Assembly (NCBI GenBank): GCA_051294375.1
Contig: CM119263.1
Span: 22,222,833-22,286,832, forward strand
DNA from: Paraspadella gotoi
Taxonomy: Eukaryota > Animalia > Chaetognatha
Length of the DNA stretch: 64,000 nucleotides
Direction: 5' to 3'
Part shown: positions 14,633 through 41,392 of the stretch, piece after piece
Layout of the letters: each line of letters opens with the position of its first letter
Numbering within the stretch: the stretch's first letter is position 1
Made by a program: the position numbers and the translations under genes
Notes under the pieces: generated by a model
What the model saw: only the letters and a program-made list of their open reading frames with translations
Told to the model about the DNA's origin: nothing
The model's database searches: none

Positions 14633-16270
14633 CTTGAAGTAGAGTCGCAATATAATGACGTATTAAATCTAATTTGAATCTTATGTCTGAGAACTTTTTC
14701 AACCATTTCTTGTATATAAAGGTGGTTTGTTATTCCTCTATTCCCAGAAGGCAACACTAATATATATTGGTTGTACCAATTTCATAAAATCATAAAATCG
14801 CAAATATGTTAAAGATCGCTAAAATTCAATATTAAAATCTTAAAACTCATTGTCTATTCATTATAATAGAAAAAAATATTTTCTTTTAAAAACTAAGGTT
14901 CATTATATTAATAAAATTTTATAATATACTTTTAATGCAGACTTTGTCTTTAACTCAAATTAAATTCAAACTTTTAATGTAAAAAATATTTAGAAATGTG
15001 GTACGTAAAGCAAGTAATCTTTCAACTTTCATAAAAATACTGAGCACCAAAAAGCCTCTGGGAGAAGTCGATTTATTTATGAATTGGTCGAGTGTTCCCA
15101 AATAAATTCGATTTTTCCGCTAGAAAATATATTTCTTTAAAAAAAATTGCTTCCGGTTTTTTTCCTATAAAATTGAATTTTCATCGTTTTTTTTTTCCTT
15201 TTTTTAAATCGTCAAAATTCACTCAAAGAGACACGAAAGTTACCCTAGCCGCCATTCCCATGCCACTCTCCCCCAGTTACCCTCCCTTTCCCCCTCTATC
15301 TCCGCTTGTCCCCCAAAATGCAAATAACTTTGCATGCAAATCAACCGCACGAGTTTAACTTTCTCAAGTCGCCCTCTTCCGTTAACACGACCTTGTCTGC
15401 CACCGCTGACAACCAAAAGCCAAGCGTTTCTCCCGTCCCATAACAGCGTTACCCGTTCTCCGTTTTGAGAAAAGTGTTTCTTTCCTTTTTCTATTGAGAC
15501 TTACGACGTGTTTCTGTCTCCAAATTCTTTAAATTCCCTTTATAATTATATATCTATATCCTTGATCACTTATAACGTTAACCTTTCAAGTTTTTTATGA
15601 TCTTTGTCAAAAAACGAACAAATTTATGCTCCTGAGTCTCACTAAAATTATGACTCTGAGAGACAAAAGACCGGTCAAAATATTTGCCGGACTTGTGAGG
15701 ACAAAAAACGGACGGTCGAACGATTTGACCTCGGTAATAGAATGAATTTTGGGGAAAGACAAAAACTGGCTTAAGCGAGGCAAAATATTTAATATAATAC
15801 TATCTATTCCTTATTCAGTTACTATTTTCTTTCCCCTTTCGCCCCTTACTTTCCTTAAGCCATTCCAGATCATTCTGTGTCGCCACAACCCACCTTTTTT
15901 TACAACGAAATGTCGCACAAAAATAGCGCAAACTTGAATTTCCGCGTCACGTGAATGATACATTGACAGACTGACTCAGTGACTGACTGACTGAATGACG
16001 GGAGCAAAGAAACGGAAAAGCGGAAGTCGACGAGAGAGTGACGTCGCTGGGACGTCAGATTTGACGGGGTAGGGGAGGGATGGTGGAGTGGCGGGGGGAT
16101 GAAGTGGCGAGGTGCACGTTAAGAATTTCGTTGTTGTTTTCCCATTTTTCTGTTGCATGTGTGTCGAGGTGTAATATTGAAAGAGAAGGAATAAGAGAGG
16201 AAAGCCCCCTGATGAAATGTGATACATATTCTTGAAAGGATGAGAGAGAGAGAGAGAGTAGAGAGAGAGT

Positions 16271-16350
<80 letters not shown>

Positions 16351-17268
16351 GAAAGCCGAATTAAAAAGAGCGATAGGACGATAGGAAACCGAAGAGTGAA
16401 ACACAGCGATCGACATCGCGATTGGAGATGTTGTTGTCGTCGTTGTAGTTGTCGTTGATGTACGGGCGGGGATTTTCGACGCGAGAGGCTTCGATCGCGA
16501 AAGAGTGGAGTGACGGAGGTCCATCGCTCCCGTCTCGACCCCACTTAACACCCCATCATTTTAACACCCTCCCAACCTTATAACTGTACCAATCTTTCAT
16601 TCTGTATTGAGGCCCTACACAAGCGGAGTTCGCTTCGAGCTCTTTCGCTCTAGAGTTTTGAGCCAATGGGTAGTAGTTGGCTACTACCATACAAGGGTTT
16701 TAAAGCGTTCTAAATACTATAATAATAAAATGATGCCTCTTCAAAATGTGTATTTAATTTAGATTTGTTAATTACCCGTCTTGTTTTCTCCTTCTTTACA
16801 CTTGTATTAGTAACAATAACCTTCATTTTCATTCCTCCTTTTTACCGCAATAATGATTCAGTCATAAAGACTAATAACTCCCCCCTCCCCAACTCTCCGA
16901 GCCGTAGACATATAAACGTCATCCAGACAACAATGGGCTATGAACAACCGATAGTGCCACGACTTGGATTGCCTAATCTTAATTAAATATAAAGTAATTT
17001 TCGTAATATACCTAATTATGGTTATTGAAAATGAAGACAAAGTCTTGTTACAGCAACGATTTTATTTTAATGTACAGACAAGTTTCGGCTTTCATTCAAG
17101 TTTAATCACAATGTCTAATTATGGTTGAAATCTTTTCAGTCGCATCGTCGACTTAATCACGACTTTTCCACTTTCCATGTGAAACGAACAGTAATTTGTC
17201 AATTTCAAAAAAAAGAATAAAACTCGATGAGAACTTTGGAGAGAGAGAGAGAGAGAGAGTGAAGAGAG

Positions 17269-17342
<74 letters not shown>

Positions 17343-17402
17343 GCGACGACGACTCGACGTCATCGCCAGATGTCACTTTCAATCGATTGATCAACTTTTC
17401 AA

Positions 17403-17449
17403 CTGATTGGTCAATTCAAACCTGATTGGTTGAAAATATTCTGATTGGT
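17403..17449 (-). promoter_or_regulatory. Three tandem CCAAT/Y-box motifs (CTGATTGGT) at 19-bp period
   Basis: ctgattggt starts at 17403, 17422 and 17441. Confidence 0.35.
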
Positions 17450-18361
17450 CGAATTAAAACTTTTTTATCAACTCTTATGACGAATAATTAGACTTGCTTT
17501 AACCATATCCTTGTTAAAAAGACTGTTATATGTATTGACAGCATGGGTTCTCTTGTACTACACCGCAGTGGAGATACACCATTCCATTCGATCAGATTCT
17601 CACACACAAAAAAAGAATCATGCTTCTTTTCAATTTCGCCCACGCGTTTCACAGATATTAATTCATCGCTTTTTTTTAGTTATTCTTTCTTATCTGAATT
17701 CCATATTTCTCGGTATAATTGGTTTTTCGTTCGACTCAACCCCGGGCTAAGAGCATTTGATTTTTTTTCAATAAGTCACTTTTTGGGGTCTGGAGCTGTC
17801 TTTTTGTGCTTTTTTTCCATAGCCATAGGATTAAAAGATTACTTTTATAATATTCGAATCAAATATAACTAAATATGCTAAATTCATAAAATAAAAAAAT
17901 AATTAAATGACAATCTAATCTAAACTGACCTCAAAAACTCTCAGACTCAACAAAATGAGATATAATTTTTCTCGAACCAAACTTTCATTTTCTACTAATT
18001 CCCACATCTCTTTTTTTCTCATCTTCCCCTCCTCCCTTTCTTTATCCATTTTTTATTCCCTTCCTTTTCAACTCTGTTTTTCTTTCCTTCATTGTTTTTC
18101 CTTTTCGCCCCGACGCGTGAGGGTCAACGGAGACCGAATTTCGAGACTTCATTTCACTCCCCCCTCCGTCCCCCCCAAGAAAAAAAATCTCTCACGCGTG
18201 AGTTCGATGACCCGAGCGTGAAAAGGGGGGAGGGTCGATCGGTGAAGGGATTTTCACAGTATAAGATGATGAGGGGACGGCGAGGGGAGGGTAGAGGTTG
18301 AGGGATAAAAGAAGGGAAAGGTCGAGGCGAGGGGGTTCATTAGTTAGAGAACATCCTGGCT

Positions 18362-18415
<54 letters not shown>
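18362..18415. repeat. (GTC)18 microsatellite
   Basis: Perfect trinucleotide run. Confidence 0.95.
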
Positions 18416-19011
18416 TCCGATTTGACGGTCATTTTCTGGACCCCGTCTTCGCTCACTCCCCCGCTTACCGCCCCCCTTTACCTCCCGAGAGATTTCACGG
18501 TCCTCCCATGAAGATTATCTCTTCCCACTACTGTTCGTTTCTAAAACCATAACCGATTACATCTCACAACTTAAGTGCGAAGTTTAAAGTGCATTCAAAG
18601 CCAAACTCAGTCGGACTTTTAGTTGCGTATTACCACTACTGTTGAATATTCCTTAAACAGTGCAGCTCACTCCTTTGTCAAAACTACATTACATCAAAGT
18701 CGCTTTGATACTTCACTACGGTTTGGGACTCCGGTTCCGGGTCCCTCACCTTTTAACCCAGGCAGCCGACCCTTACGCCCGCCGCTGGAAATCGAAATTG
18801 GGTCTTTGGTCCGTTTCGCGCCGCCGTCCGAACTTACCCTCCCTCTCCTATTCTTTTTCTTTTTCGCTCTCTCCTACTTCCGGTTTGCCTTCTCTCACTC
18901 TCTCTCTCTCTCTCGTTTCTCTCTCTCCTCTCTCTCTGCTCTCTCTCATTCTCTCTCTCTCATTCTTTCTTTCTCTTCCCTCTATATATTATTATCCATC
19001 TTATGTACTAT

Positions 19012-19028
19012 CCTATCTATCTATCTAT

Positions 19029-19069
<41 letters not shown>

Positions 19070-19079
19070 TCTATCTATC
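19012..19079. repeat. (TATC)n microsatellite within a long pyrimidine-rich tract (~18840-19265)
   Basis: Direct observation. Confidence 0.9.
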
Positions 19080-19762
19080 AATACTCTCTCTCTACACTCT
19101 CGTCTCCTCTCTCTCTTACCCGCACTCACTCAGCACTCTCTCGCCTTCTCCATACTTCCGCTCTTCTTTCTTCCGCCTGCTTCCTCTTCCCTCCTCCTCA
19201 TCCCCTCTTTCTCCTCCCTCCTCCTCCTCCCTTCTCCTCCTCCCCTCTTCCTCCTCCCCCTTTTCTCACGCTTTCAGTAAAATACTGACTTCGCGAATGG
19301 TCACGTGATCAAAACAAATCTGAGCGAAAAAGAATTGAAACTTGTTTTGCCGCTTTTCAGCTTCATCAAAATCACGGAGCGTCTTCTTCAAGTGAGATGC
19401 AAAGAAAAAAACCGCCGTTGTCTCCGGCTCAAACTACATGTCTCTCTCTCTCTCTCTCTGCTCTCTCTCTCTCTCTCTCTGCTCCTCATGGCTATACTCA
19501 GAAAGCCTGCGTATCAAGCGCAGCGTCCGGAGCAGCCGCGCGCGGCCAGCGGCTCTCCTCTGCCTTCGATATACTTAGCTCGGCGTTGCTCTTACTCCTC
19601 TTCCTGCTTCCTTGCTCCCTACTACTCCCGGATCGCGCGCGAACGGCAGAGTCGATCCGGTCGGAGCTGGCAGCGAGCCGTTGCCACTTAGTCTTTTCTC
19701 TCTTTTTCTGACCCTCATACACCACCGAGGCTTTTCTCTCTGCTACGAGCGAATCGATCATC

Positions 19763-20190
19763 GAGTTCGCGGGCCGGATCCGGGAGTCTCCTTTATAAAA
19801 AATGTTTGTTTTCTCTTCTCCAATTTTAAAAACGCAGCAAAACGAAAGTCTTTTATAATAAATTATTATTATAAATTTTTATCGTTATAGTTATTATTTT
19901 TAACAATTTTATTTATTAGTGATTTTTTTGTGTTTATTATCTTTAAACTCTTGTACTTAGGCTCTTAATGCCTAATTAGCTCTGAGAACTATTTTTTTCT
20001 CAACTAATCTTCATACTATAACATAAAATTACAAAAATCACTAATAAATAAAGATTTTTAAAAATAATAATATACAATAAAATTTATAATAATAATTTAT
20101 GATAAAAGACTTCGTTCATTTGTGTTTAAAATTGACAGAGAAAACAAATATTTTTTTATAAAGAGGGCTCCCGGGATCCGCGCGAAACTC
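19763..20190. mobile_element. MITE/foldback-like element, ~430 bp, with ~170-bp imperfect terminal inverted repeats
   Basis: Left arm gagttcgcgggccggatccgggagtctcctttataaaaaatgtttgttttctc...tttatttattagtgatttttt is the reverse complement of right arm aaaaatcactaataaataaa...gagaaaacaaatattttttataaagagggctcccgggatccgcgcgaaactc. No clear target-site duplication (TSD). Confidence 0.75.
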
Positions 20191-21350
20191 ATTAACCTTA
20201 GCTTTCACTTTGTCTAACTATAACATAATCATTACCTAAAATTAATATAATAACCATTAATGTCAAATATTAAAAAAATATTGAATTATCTGACATTCCT
20301 TTAAATTTTACTATCTCGCAAGAATTATCCTGACGTTCCGTTCTCTTTTCCATTTCCTTTTCTTTTTCGCATTAAATGTTAGTTAAGAAAAACTTGCTCT
20401 TCATTTTTCCGCAACTCCAGGAATGCCAAATATTCTTTTACAATCAGCTAAACATTTAAGTCTATTTTAATTTTATTAAGATATTCATTTGATTACCTAC
20501 ATATCAAAGATTTAAACCAAAAATGTCTAGCATGCAGTTTTATGTCTGGGAAAGAAGTATAGTTTATTCCATCTCTGTTTTGAGAGGTCGGCCTATACCC
20601 AGAATGTTGAGGCCAAGCTGAAACAAAGCCCATGACAAAAGCAGTTAGTTGTCTGGATCGCTATTGTTGTCAAGCCCAGTTTTCATTTTTAATCATTTTT
20701 AACCAATTAAGTTTATAACACAAAATTGTCATTTTTGATTTTCTTTTTTACTCATAAAAAGAAGATTTTTAAAAAAATTACAGAAAAAAAATGAATCAAG
20801 AAGAATGTCTAAATGAAAATAAAATAGTTTAACATCAATAGTGGAATAGATAATGGATTGTGTTTAATGCTGTTCCCATTAAATTATAATGGTGGTGCGT
20901 GGCTGACTCGGCCTTATTCTGAAGATGATTTCTAAGACATGGCAACCCATAATGATAGAAAATTAGAAAGTGAAGTTGCTTGAGTTATGTGAGGCTGGGT
21001 GTTGTTGCTTTTGTGAATTCACGCCCATAAGACTGATAACGATCGGAAATCGAAAATCGAAGATAACAAAGACACATAACTGAGAATTATATGGTTTTAA
21101 TTTTATAGATATATAATAAAGAAATTTTATCATAGGTTGAATATGAGTTGATGAAGAACAAAATTGTGATTTATTTTAGTTATAGTATATAGGATAAACA
21201 TGTAAGAGGATTAGAAACTAAAAAGTGCAGGTCACATGAACAAATAATGTTACAAGGTTTAGAAGCAGAAAAAAGATAGGGAAGAGAACAAGAGAGCGAG
21301 AAATCGCAATGAAAGGCATAATGATAAAGAGTAGAGAGAGCAGAAGAGAT

Positions 21351-21399
<49 letters not shown>

Positions 21400-22222
21400 T
21401 CCGGGCGCCGATCCGCTCGATTTCGAACCGGTAAAGAGCCCCGACTCAAAACCAAATCCGGAAGAAAGAAGAAAAAAAATCTCCGCTATCCGAGCGGAAG
21501 AAGCCCGGAAGGGAAAGTAGTGCGGTCGGCCAGCCGCTCGCCGCCGCTCCGGTCTACGGCTGCGTACGGAAGAGCTTTGAGTATATGACTCCTTCTCTCA
21601 TCTCTCCTGCTCTCTCTCTCTCTCTCTCACTCTCAATCTCTCTCTCTCTGCTTCATCTCTCTCTCCTCTACTCGGTCTCTCTCACAACCCACAGAAAACA
21701 ACAAGAAAGAATTCACATAAAAGAAACATCCGCAAACTGGAGTCTTTTGTTCTCCAATTATGTGTGGTTATTTTGAAAGTCTATGTTTTTAACTATATCA
21801 GCTTAGCCATTTTAACGAGCAATTGCGAATCCTCCAGTTATCTAAACTAAATATTAAAAAGACCTATTTTTTATTTTAGGTTTTATGTGGCCTCCAGGAT
21901 TGTAATAATGTAAAAGCTATTGTACCAAGATTACGAGATAGTTAACATCCAATTGTCGAAGAACGATGCAGTCGTAAAAACTTAAAACTTAAAACTGCAC
22001 AAGACAAAAGCACACAGACGGAAATAAAACAAAAGAGACTCGGTTCAAAAACAATAATAATGAAAATGCGTAAAAAGCAAAAAAAAGAAAAAAACATAAG
22101 CGAAAGAGGGAAACGGAGTTGTGGCGAAGTTTTTTCGCCATCGACAACAAAGTGATTATCGCGAGGAAGGAATTCCATTAACGCCTTTAACGAACGACGC
22201 CGGGAGGAGTTATGCGAACGGA

Positions 22223-22278
<56 letters not shown>

Positions 22279-22391
22279 AGAGAGAGAGAGATGAAGAGAG
22301 AGAGTAGAGGAGAGAGGAGAGAGAGTCAGACAGTAGGAATGAGAAGTGAAAGAGGTATAATGGTTAAAATGGGATAATCGAGTGCGTCTTC

Positions 22392-22432
<41 letters not shown>

Positions 22433-23102
22433 TCTCCTTCCTCTCTTCTCTCTCTTTCTCTCTCTCTCTCTCTTTCTCTCCTCATTTTCTTTTCATTTCG
22501 GCTCTTTTCTTCTATCCTCTCCCTATCTCCACCTCATTCGCCTTTGCCGCCTTCTTTCCTTTTAATCCTCAGTGAACAAATTCCCGAATCGACTTTCCTT
22601 CTTTCACCCCCCCACTCCCCCTCCCTGACGTCGCCTTTGATTTACGCGAGACAGTTTCCTCGTTATACCGCAATTCGTTAAAACCGAATTCCGAGTCTCC
22701 CATTCTTACCCTCGGTTGCTGCTCTTTTTTTAAGACCTTAAAATTTACCCTTAAGATTATAAGTGCCTTTTTTCCATCCGTCAGTCTTGAATAATAATTT
22801 GTAAGTTTACCTACAATGTAGGTAGGTTGGTAGGTACCTACAATGCTACATAAAAGAAGAGCCAAAACAAAAAAAAGAAATAAAAAAGAATTTAGATCAT
22901 AATTTATTAAAAAACAAAATTAAGTATTGAATACTGTATATAGTGTATAATGTATAGTGAAGCGTATTTAAATCAAAAATTTTTTTCTTATTTTAACGGT
23001 TAAAGTTAAAGTTTTTTAATTGTTAGTTTTGTTAATTTTAAAATTGTAACGATTATTTAACATTATCAAAGGTTCTCCAATCTCCCCCCCCCTCCTCTCC
23101 AG

Positions 23103-23363
23103 GCCGACATCGACGCCGGTCGCGTCTCCTACGTCAACGACGATTCCGAAAACGACGCCGACTTTTTTGTCCTGGCGTTGTTGATGTGGCGCCGGGCCGA
23201 CGGCGCCGCCATCGACGAGGAAGGATGGCGTCACGGCTCCGCGTCGGGAGGTTACGCCTCGCGGGGGCGTCTCCTCCGTTACGCTCGTCTCCCGACGTCG
23301 TTCAACGTGACGGTGACTCTCGTCAACGACGAAGTCTTTCGCCTCCTCACCCGAAATCCGCGG
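23103..23363 (+). CDS. Internal exon (87 codons, phase 0-0) encoding part of a CSPG/NG2 cadherin-like repeat; CSPG4/kon-tiki (or FRAS1/FREM) family
   Basis: Acceptor cctcctctccag| and donor cgg|gtgagt. Translation ADIDAGRVSYVNDDSENDADFFVLALL...FNVTVTLVNDEVFRLLTRNPR matches the repeat consensus (FTQ)xDIxxGxxxYVHDDSExxxDxF...FxVxVxxVND. High GC3. Confidence 0.85.
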
Positions 23364-23606
23364 GTGAGTTGAAAAGGGAGGGAAAGTTATTTCCTCCTTG
23401 TTTACTTTTACATCCGGGATTTCGAGTTTCTCATATTTTTTTTTCATCGAGTTCTATCGTCATATCGTTTTATCGATTTATCCATAATTTTTTTTTATCA
23501 CTTTTTTCGCTTCCAATCTTGAAAACCTGCTCCACATCTTTTCACGAGGCTCAAATGACCCAGAAACGTCTCTCATAAATCGAACTTTTAGCTTTACTCA
23601 CCTTTA

Positions 23607-23860
23607 ACATCCGGGGGCTTGAATCGGGATCGAATTCGTCGTTTTCCTTTACGGATCTGATCAAATTCGACGTTTTTCTTTCCTTTTTTGTTACATCCAA
23701 GTCGGAAATCCGCATATAACCAATTTCAACGTCTCCTTTTCCTTTTTTCTAATACATCAGAGTCTGAAATCAGTAGATAATCTAATTCGACGTTTCTTAT
23801 TTACATTTCTATCACATCCGGGTCTTGAATCCGGATCCAATCAAATTAAACCGTTTTCCA
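23607..23860. repeat. Degenerate ~60-bp minisatellite (about 4 units)
   Basis: Units start with acatc at 23607, 23693, 23754 and 23814 and share acatcc.g.gtc...aatc.g.at....aattcgacgttt. Confidence 0.7.
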
Positions 23861-23987
23861 AAGAGACCAAAACCGTAAACATTTCCACCCGGCGGATTTC
23901 GTTTCCATGACTCCCATCCGTTGACTATCGCGTACCCAAGATTCCCGACGTTTACATGAGAATTGAGAAACCAATCTTCCCACACGT

Positions 23988-24144
<157 letters not shown>

Positions 24145-25912
24145 GCTCGCGTGGCTTTTATCTCTCCCTCTTTTTTTTTTATTTTATCCCTTCTTCTTTA
24201 TTTTATCTTCATTTTTTCTTTTTTATTCTTCTTTCTTCTGGAGTTTCATGTCGACGATAAATCAATAAAACGAGAAGGAAAGAAGCCGAGCGGAAGTCGC
24301 GGGGGCGTGGCGTCGGTTTTAAGGGGAGACCCGAGTGGAAAGCGGAAACCCGAAAAATATGAACAAGACCTCAAAAAATGAAAAAAAAAAAACTAAATCA
24401 ATAAATGGATTTTCATTTTTCTTAGGTGAGAGAGAGAGAGAGCGAGGGAAAGGAGATGTTCACATGGCATTTATTACCCTGAGATTTACTTGTAATATAA
24501 TGTTATTAATGTTTAAAAATTGTTTTCAACGTCCATCAAGTAAGAAGGCGATAAAAGAAAATGGGGTTTCTTTATTTATGAGGCTTTTTAATTTCAAAAA
24601 GCTTTTCACGGGAAAGAGAAGAAAAGCATTAAATATGATGCACTAGAGAAAATAAAAGAAAACCACCCGGTGATGGAAAGGAGCGCAAAAGTTGAAATAC
24701 ATAGTATAACATAACAATTATTCTTATAATTTATATTTAATAATCTTTTTAAAGTACCGATTCACAAGAGATTCACAATAACACGTCTTTCTTGACGCCA
24801 TATTTTAGTATTAAAATTTATAGTAAATTTACGCGACAATTTACTCTCTTCAATCGCTGAGAGAGAAAAGCAGTTTTCCTCACTTTGTGAATCTGCATTG
24901 GAAAGTGAAGACATAACAATTACCCCCTCTCTCTATCTCTCTCCTTATCTCTTCCTGTGACTTCCTTCTCTCCATCCCCTTTAGTTTTTCCCCCATTAGT
25001 GCTAAGCCGCATTTCGCTTTCTCTTTTGTCTCGATTTTCGTTTGTCTTCGTTTAAAAGCGATTCTAGCGCCTCGGTCGACGTTTTTTTGAAACGAGAAGA
25101 GGATAAACAGGTTTGTTTACAAAAATAAAGTTTAGGTAAACAATTCGGTCTTTTTTTTTCGACTTTCCTTTTTCTGAAATTTCTGATTTTGTATTCTAAC
25201 TGACTCCTTAGTCTATTAGCAATTGGAAAATGCAGCAAATTGCATCTCTACAAAATAATTGCTAAAATAAAAAGCGTGGAATATTTCTACACCTTTTGAC
25301 CCTAAAAAACCAAAACGTTTGTCACAAATCGGAATATCAAATATTTTCGAGTCTGTTAATGAAAAGCAAAGACGTGATTGATAATTGTAAAGAACCCTGT
25401 GAAGTTTCTTAGTCTTGATCTCTTTAAAACTAAACGGGAGGCTCATGGTAGGGAGCGAAAGGTTGCTCGTCACTAATTGATTCGATGTCGTAAGACGAAA
25501 GTGAAAAACTGGGATTCCATCAAACGACTTCGCCGTACGTTTTCGCCGATCGTCTTCGTTGTTCGTCGTCGTCCTCATCGTACGTCGTCGTCGACGGCGT
25601 TAACGTTCACGACCTAAAGTAGGCGTTGCCGTCGTCGTCGTCACTTGCGCGAAAATTAACCGATTGAGAGACAATTGATATTCTAAAAGTCTCTCATTGT
25701 TTCTAGGCGACGACGACGACGACGATAATAACTAAAGGCTGAATGATTTTATAAATGGGAAGTAAAAAAGCCAAACTAGCTATGTGATCTCACTAATATA
25801 ATACGATAATCATCACTTTTGATCCAGGCGCTAGTAGGAGGCACACGCCCAGTCTTCCAGCGTCCAGGTCCCATGAATAAATCAACTATATTCACTGTAG
25901 ACTATCTGAATC

Positions 25913-25918
25913 TTTATT
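25913..25918 (-). terminator. Candidate polyadenylation signal AATAAA for the PRKCSH-like gene
   Basis: tttatt on the plus strand, ~490 nt downstream of the stop codon. Confidence 0.3.
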
Positions 25919-26404
25919 TGGCAAAGAGATCGTCTTGACACAGTTATATCAATTTTACTAGACAGCCGTTGAAAAAAATTAAATTTTGTGCTTGATTGGT
26001 TTTGCAATACGGTTTGAAGTGTGATAAAAAATGTTGGACAAATTCAAAATCTCGTTTGTTCAATGCGTTCAAGTTGAATTCTGGAATAAATAAAAATGAA
26101 CATTGAAGATCATTGGATGGATCTAATTCGTGCGAATCGAATAATAATCATTTGTGATCGTGAGTTTTAGAGCGAATCGACGTTGAACTCTTCGCTTTGG
26201 ATGGCATCATTTACAACTGACCCCAGACTCCGGTCAACCCATTAAAGTCCAGCTTAGCGCTTTTCCTTTTTTGCCGTCTCTTCCCAGGTTCTTAAATGTT
26301 TTGCGATCAGAGTTCCCATTACGACGCCCATCACCACAGTTCATTCCCCTCCTTCACAGTTCCTTTATCACCGCCAAAGTTCTTTCTCCATCGCCACTTT
26401 TCCT

Positions 26405-41041
<14,637 letters not shown>

Positions 41042-41280
41042 TATTGAGTTTTTTATTGCATTTAAATTTTTTTATGACGATTTTTTAAGTTGTTGTTCCG
41101 TTGCTTTCTTAAATTTCCGTTTGAAGTATTTGTAAAATAAAGCAAGGAAAAAGGATTAATTATCAAAAATCCAAAGTCCTTAGAACAAAGAAATCTAATG
41201 TCTTTCTTTCGCTCGAGTCTAACATTTCTCCTACAAAAGATTCGATGAAAACTGATGTTCAAAGTCCCCTTGTCTCATTT

Positions 41281-41392
41281 CCACGTCATCTTTGTTTCAA
41301 GTCTTTCGTGACGAAATGACGTCACGCGTTGTGTCCGAAGCGATTCAGCCAATCAGCGATAGAAAATTCAAAGCCGAACCTGTTCTGCCAAT
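41281..41392 (-). promoter_or_regulatory. Putative promoter of the PRKCSH-like gene: UPRE/XBP1 motif, CRE palindrome and two CCAAT boxes
   Basis: GATGACGTGG on the minus strand (41281-41290), TGACGTCA at 41317-41324, and GCCAATCAG twice (CCAAT at 41349 and 41388). All lie 240-350 nt upstream of the ATG. Confidence 0.55.

Noticed and set aside
23607-23860. CRISPR-like array
   Set aside because: Whole units are similar, there are no unique spacers or cas genes, and the context is a eukaryotic intron.
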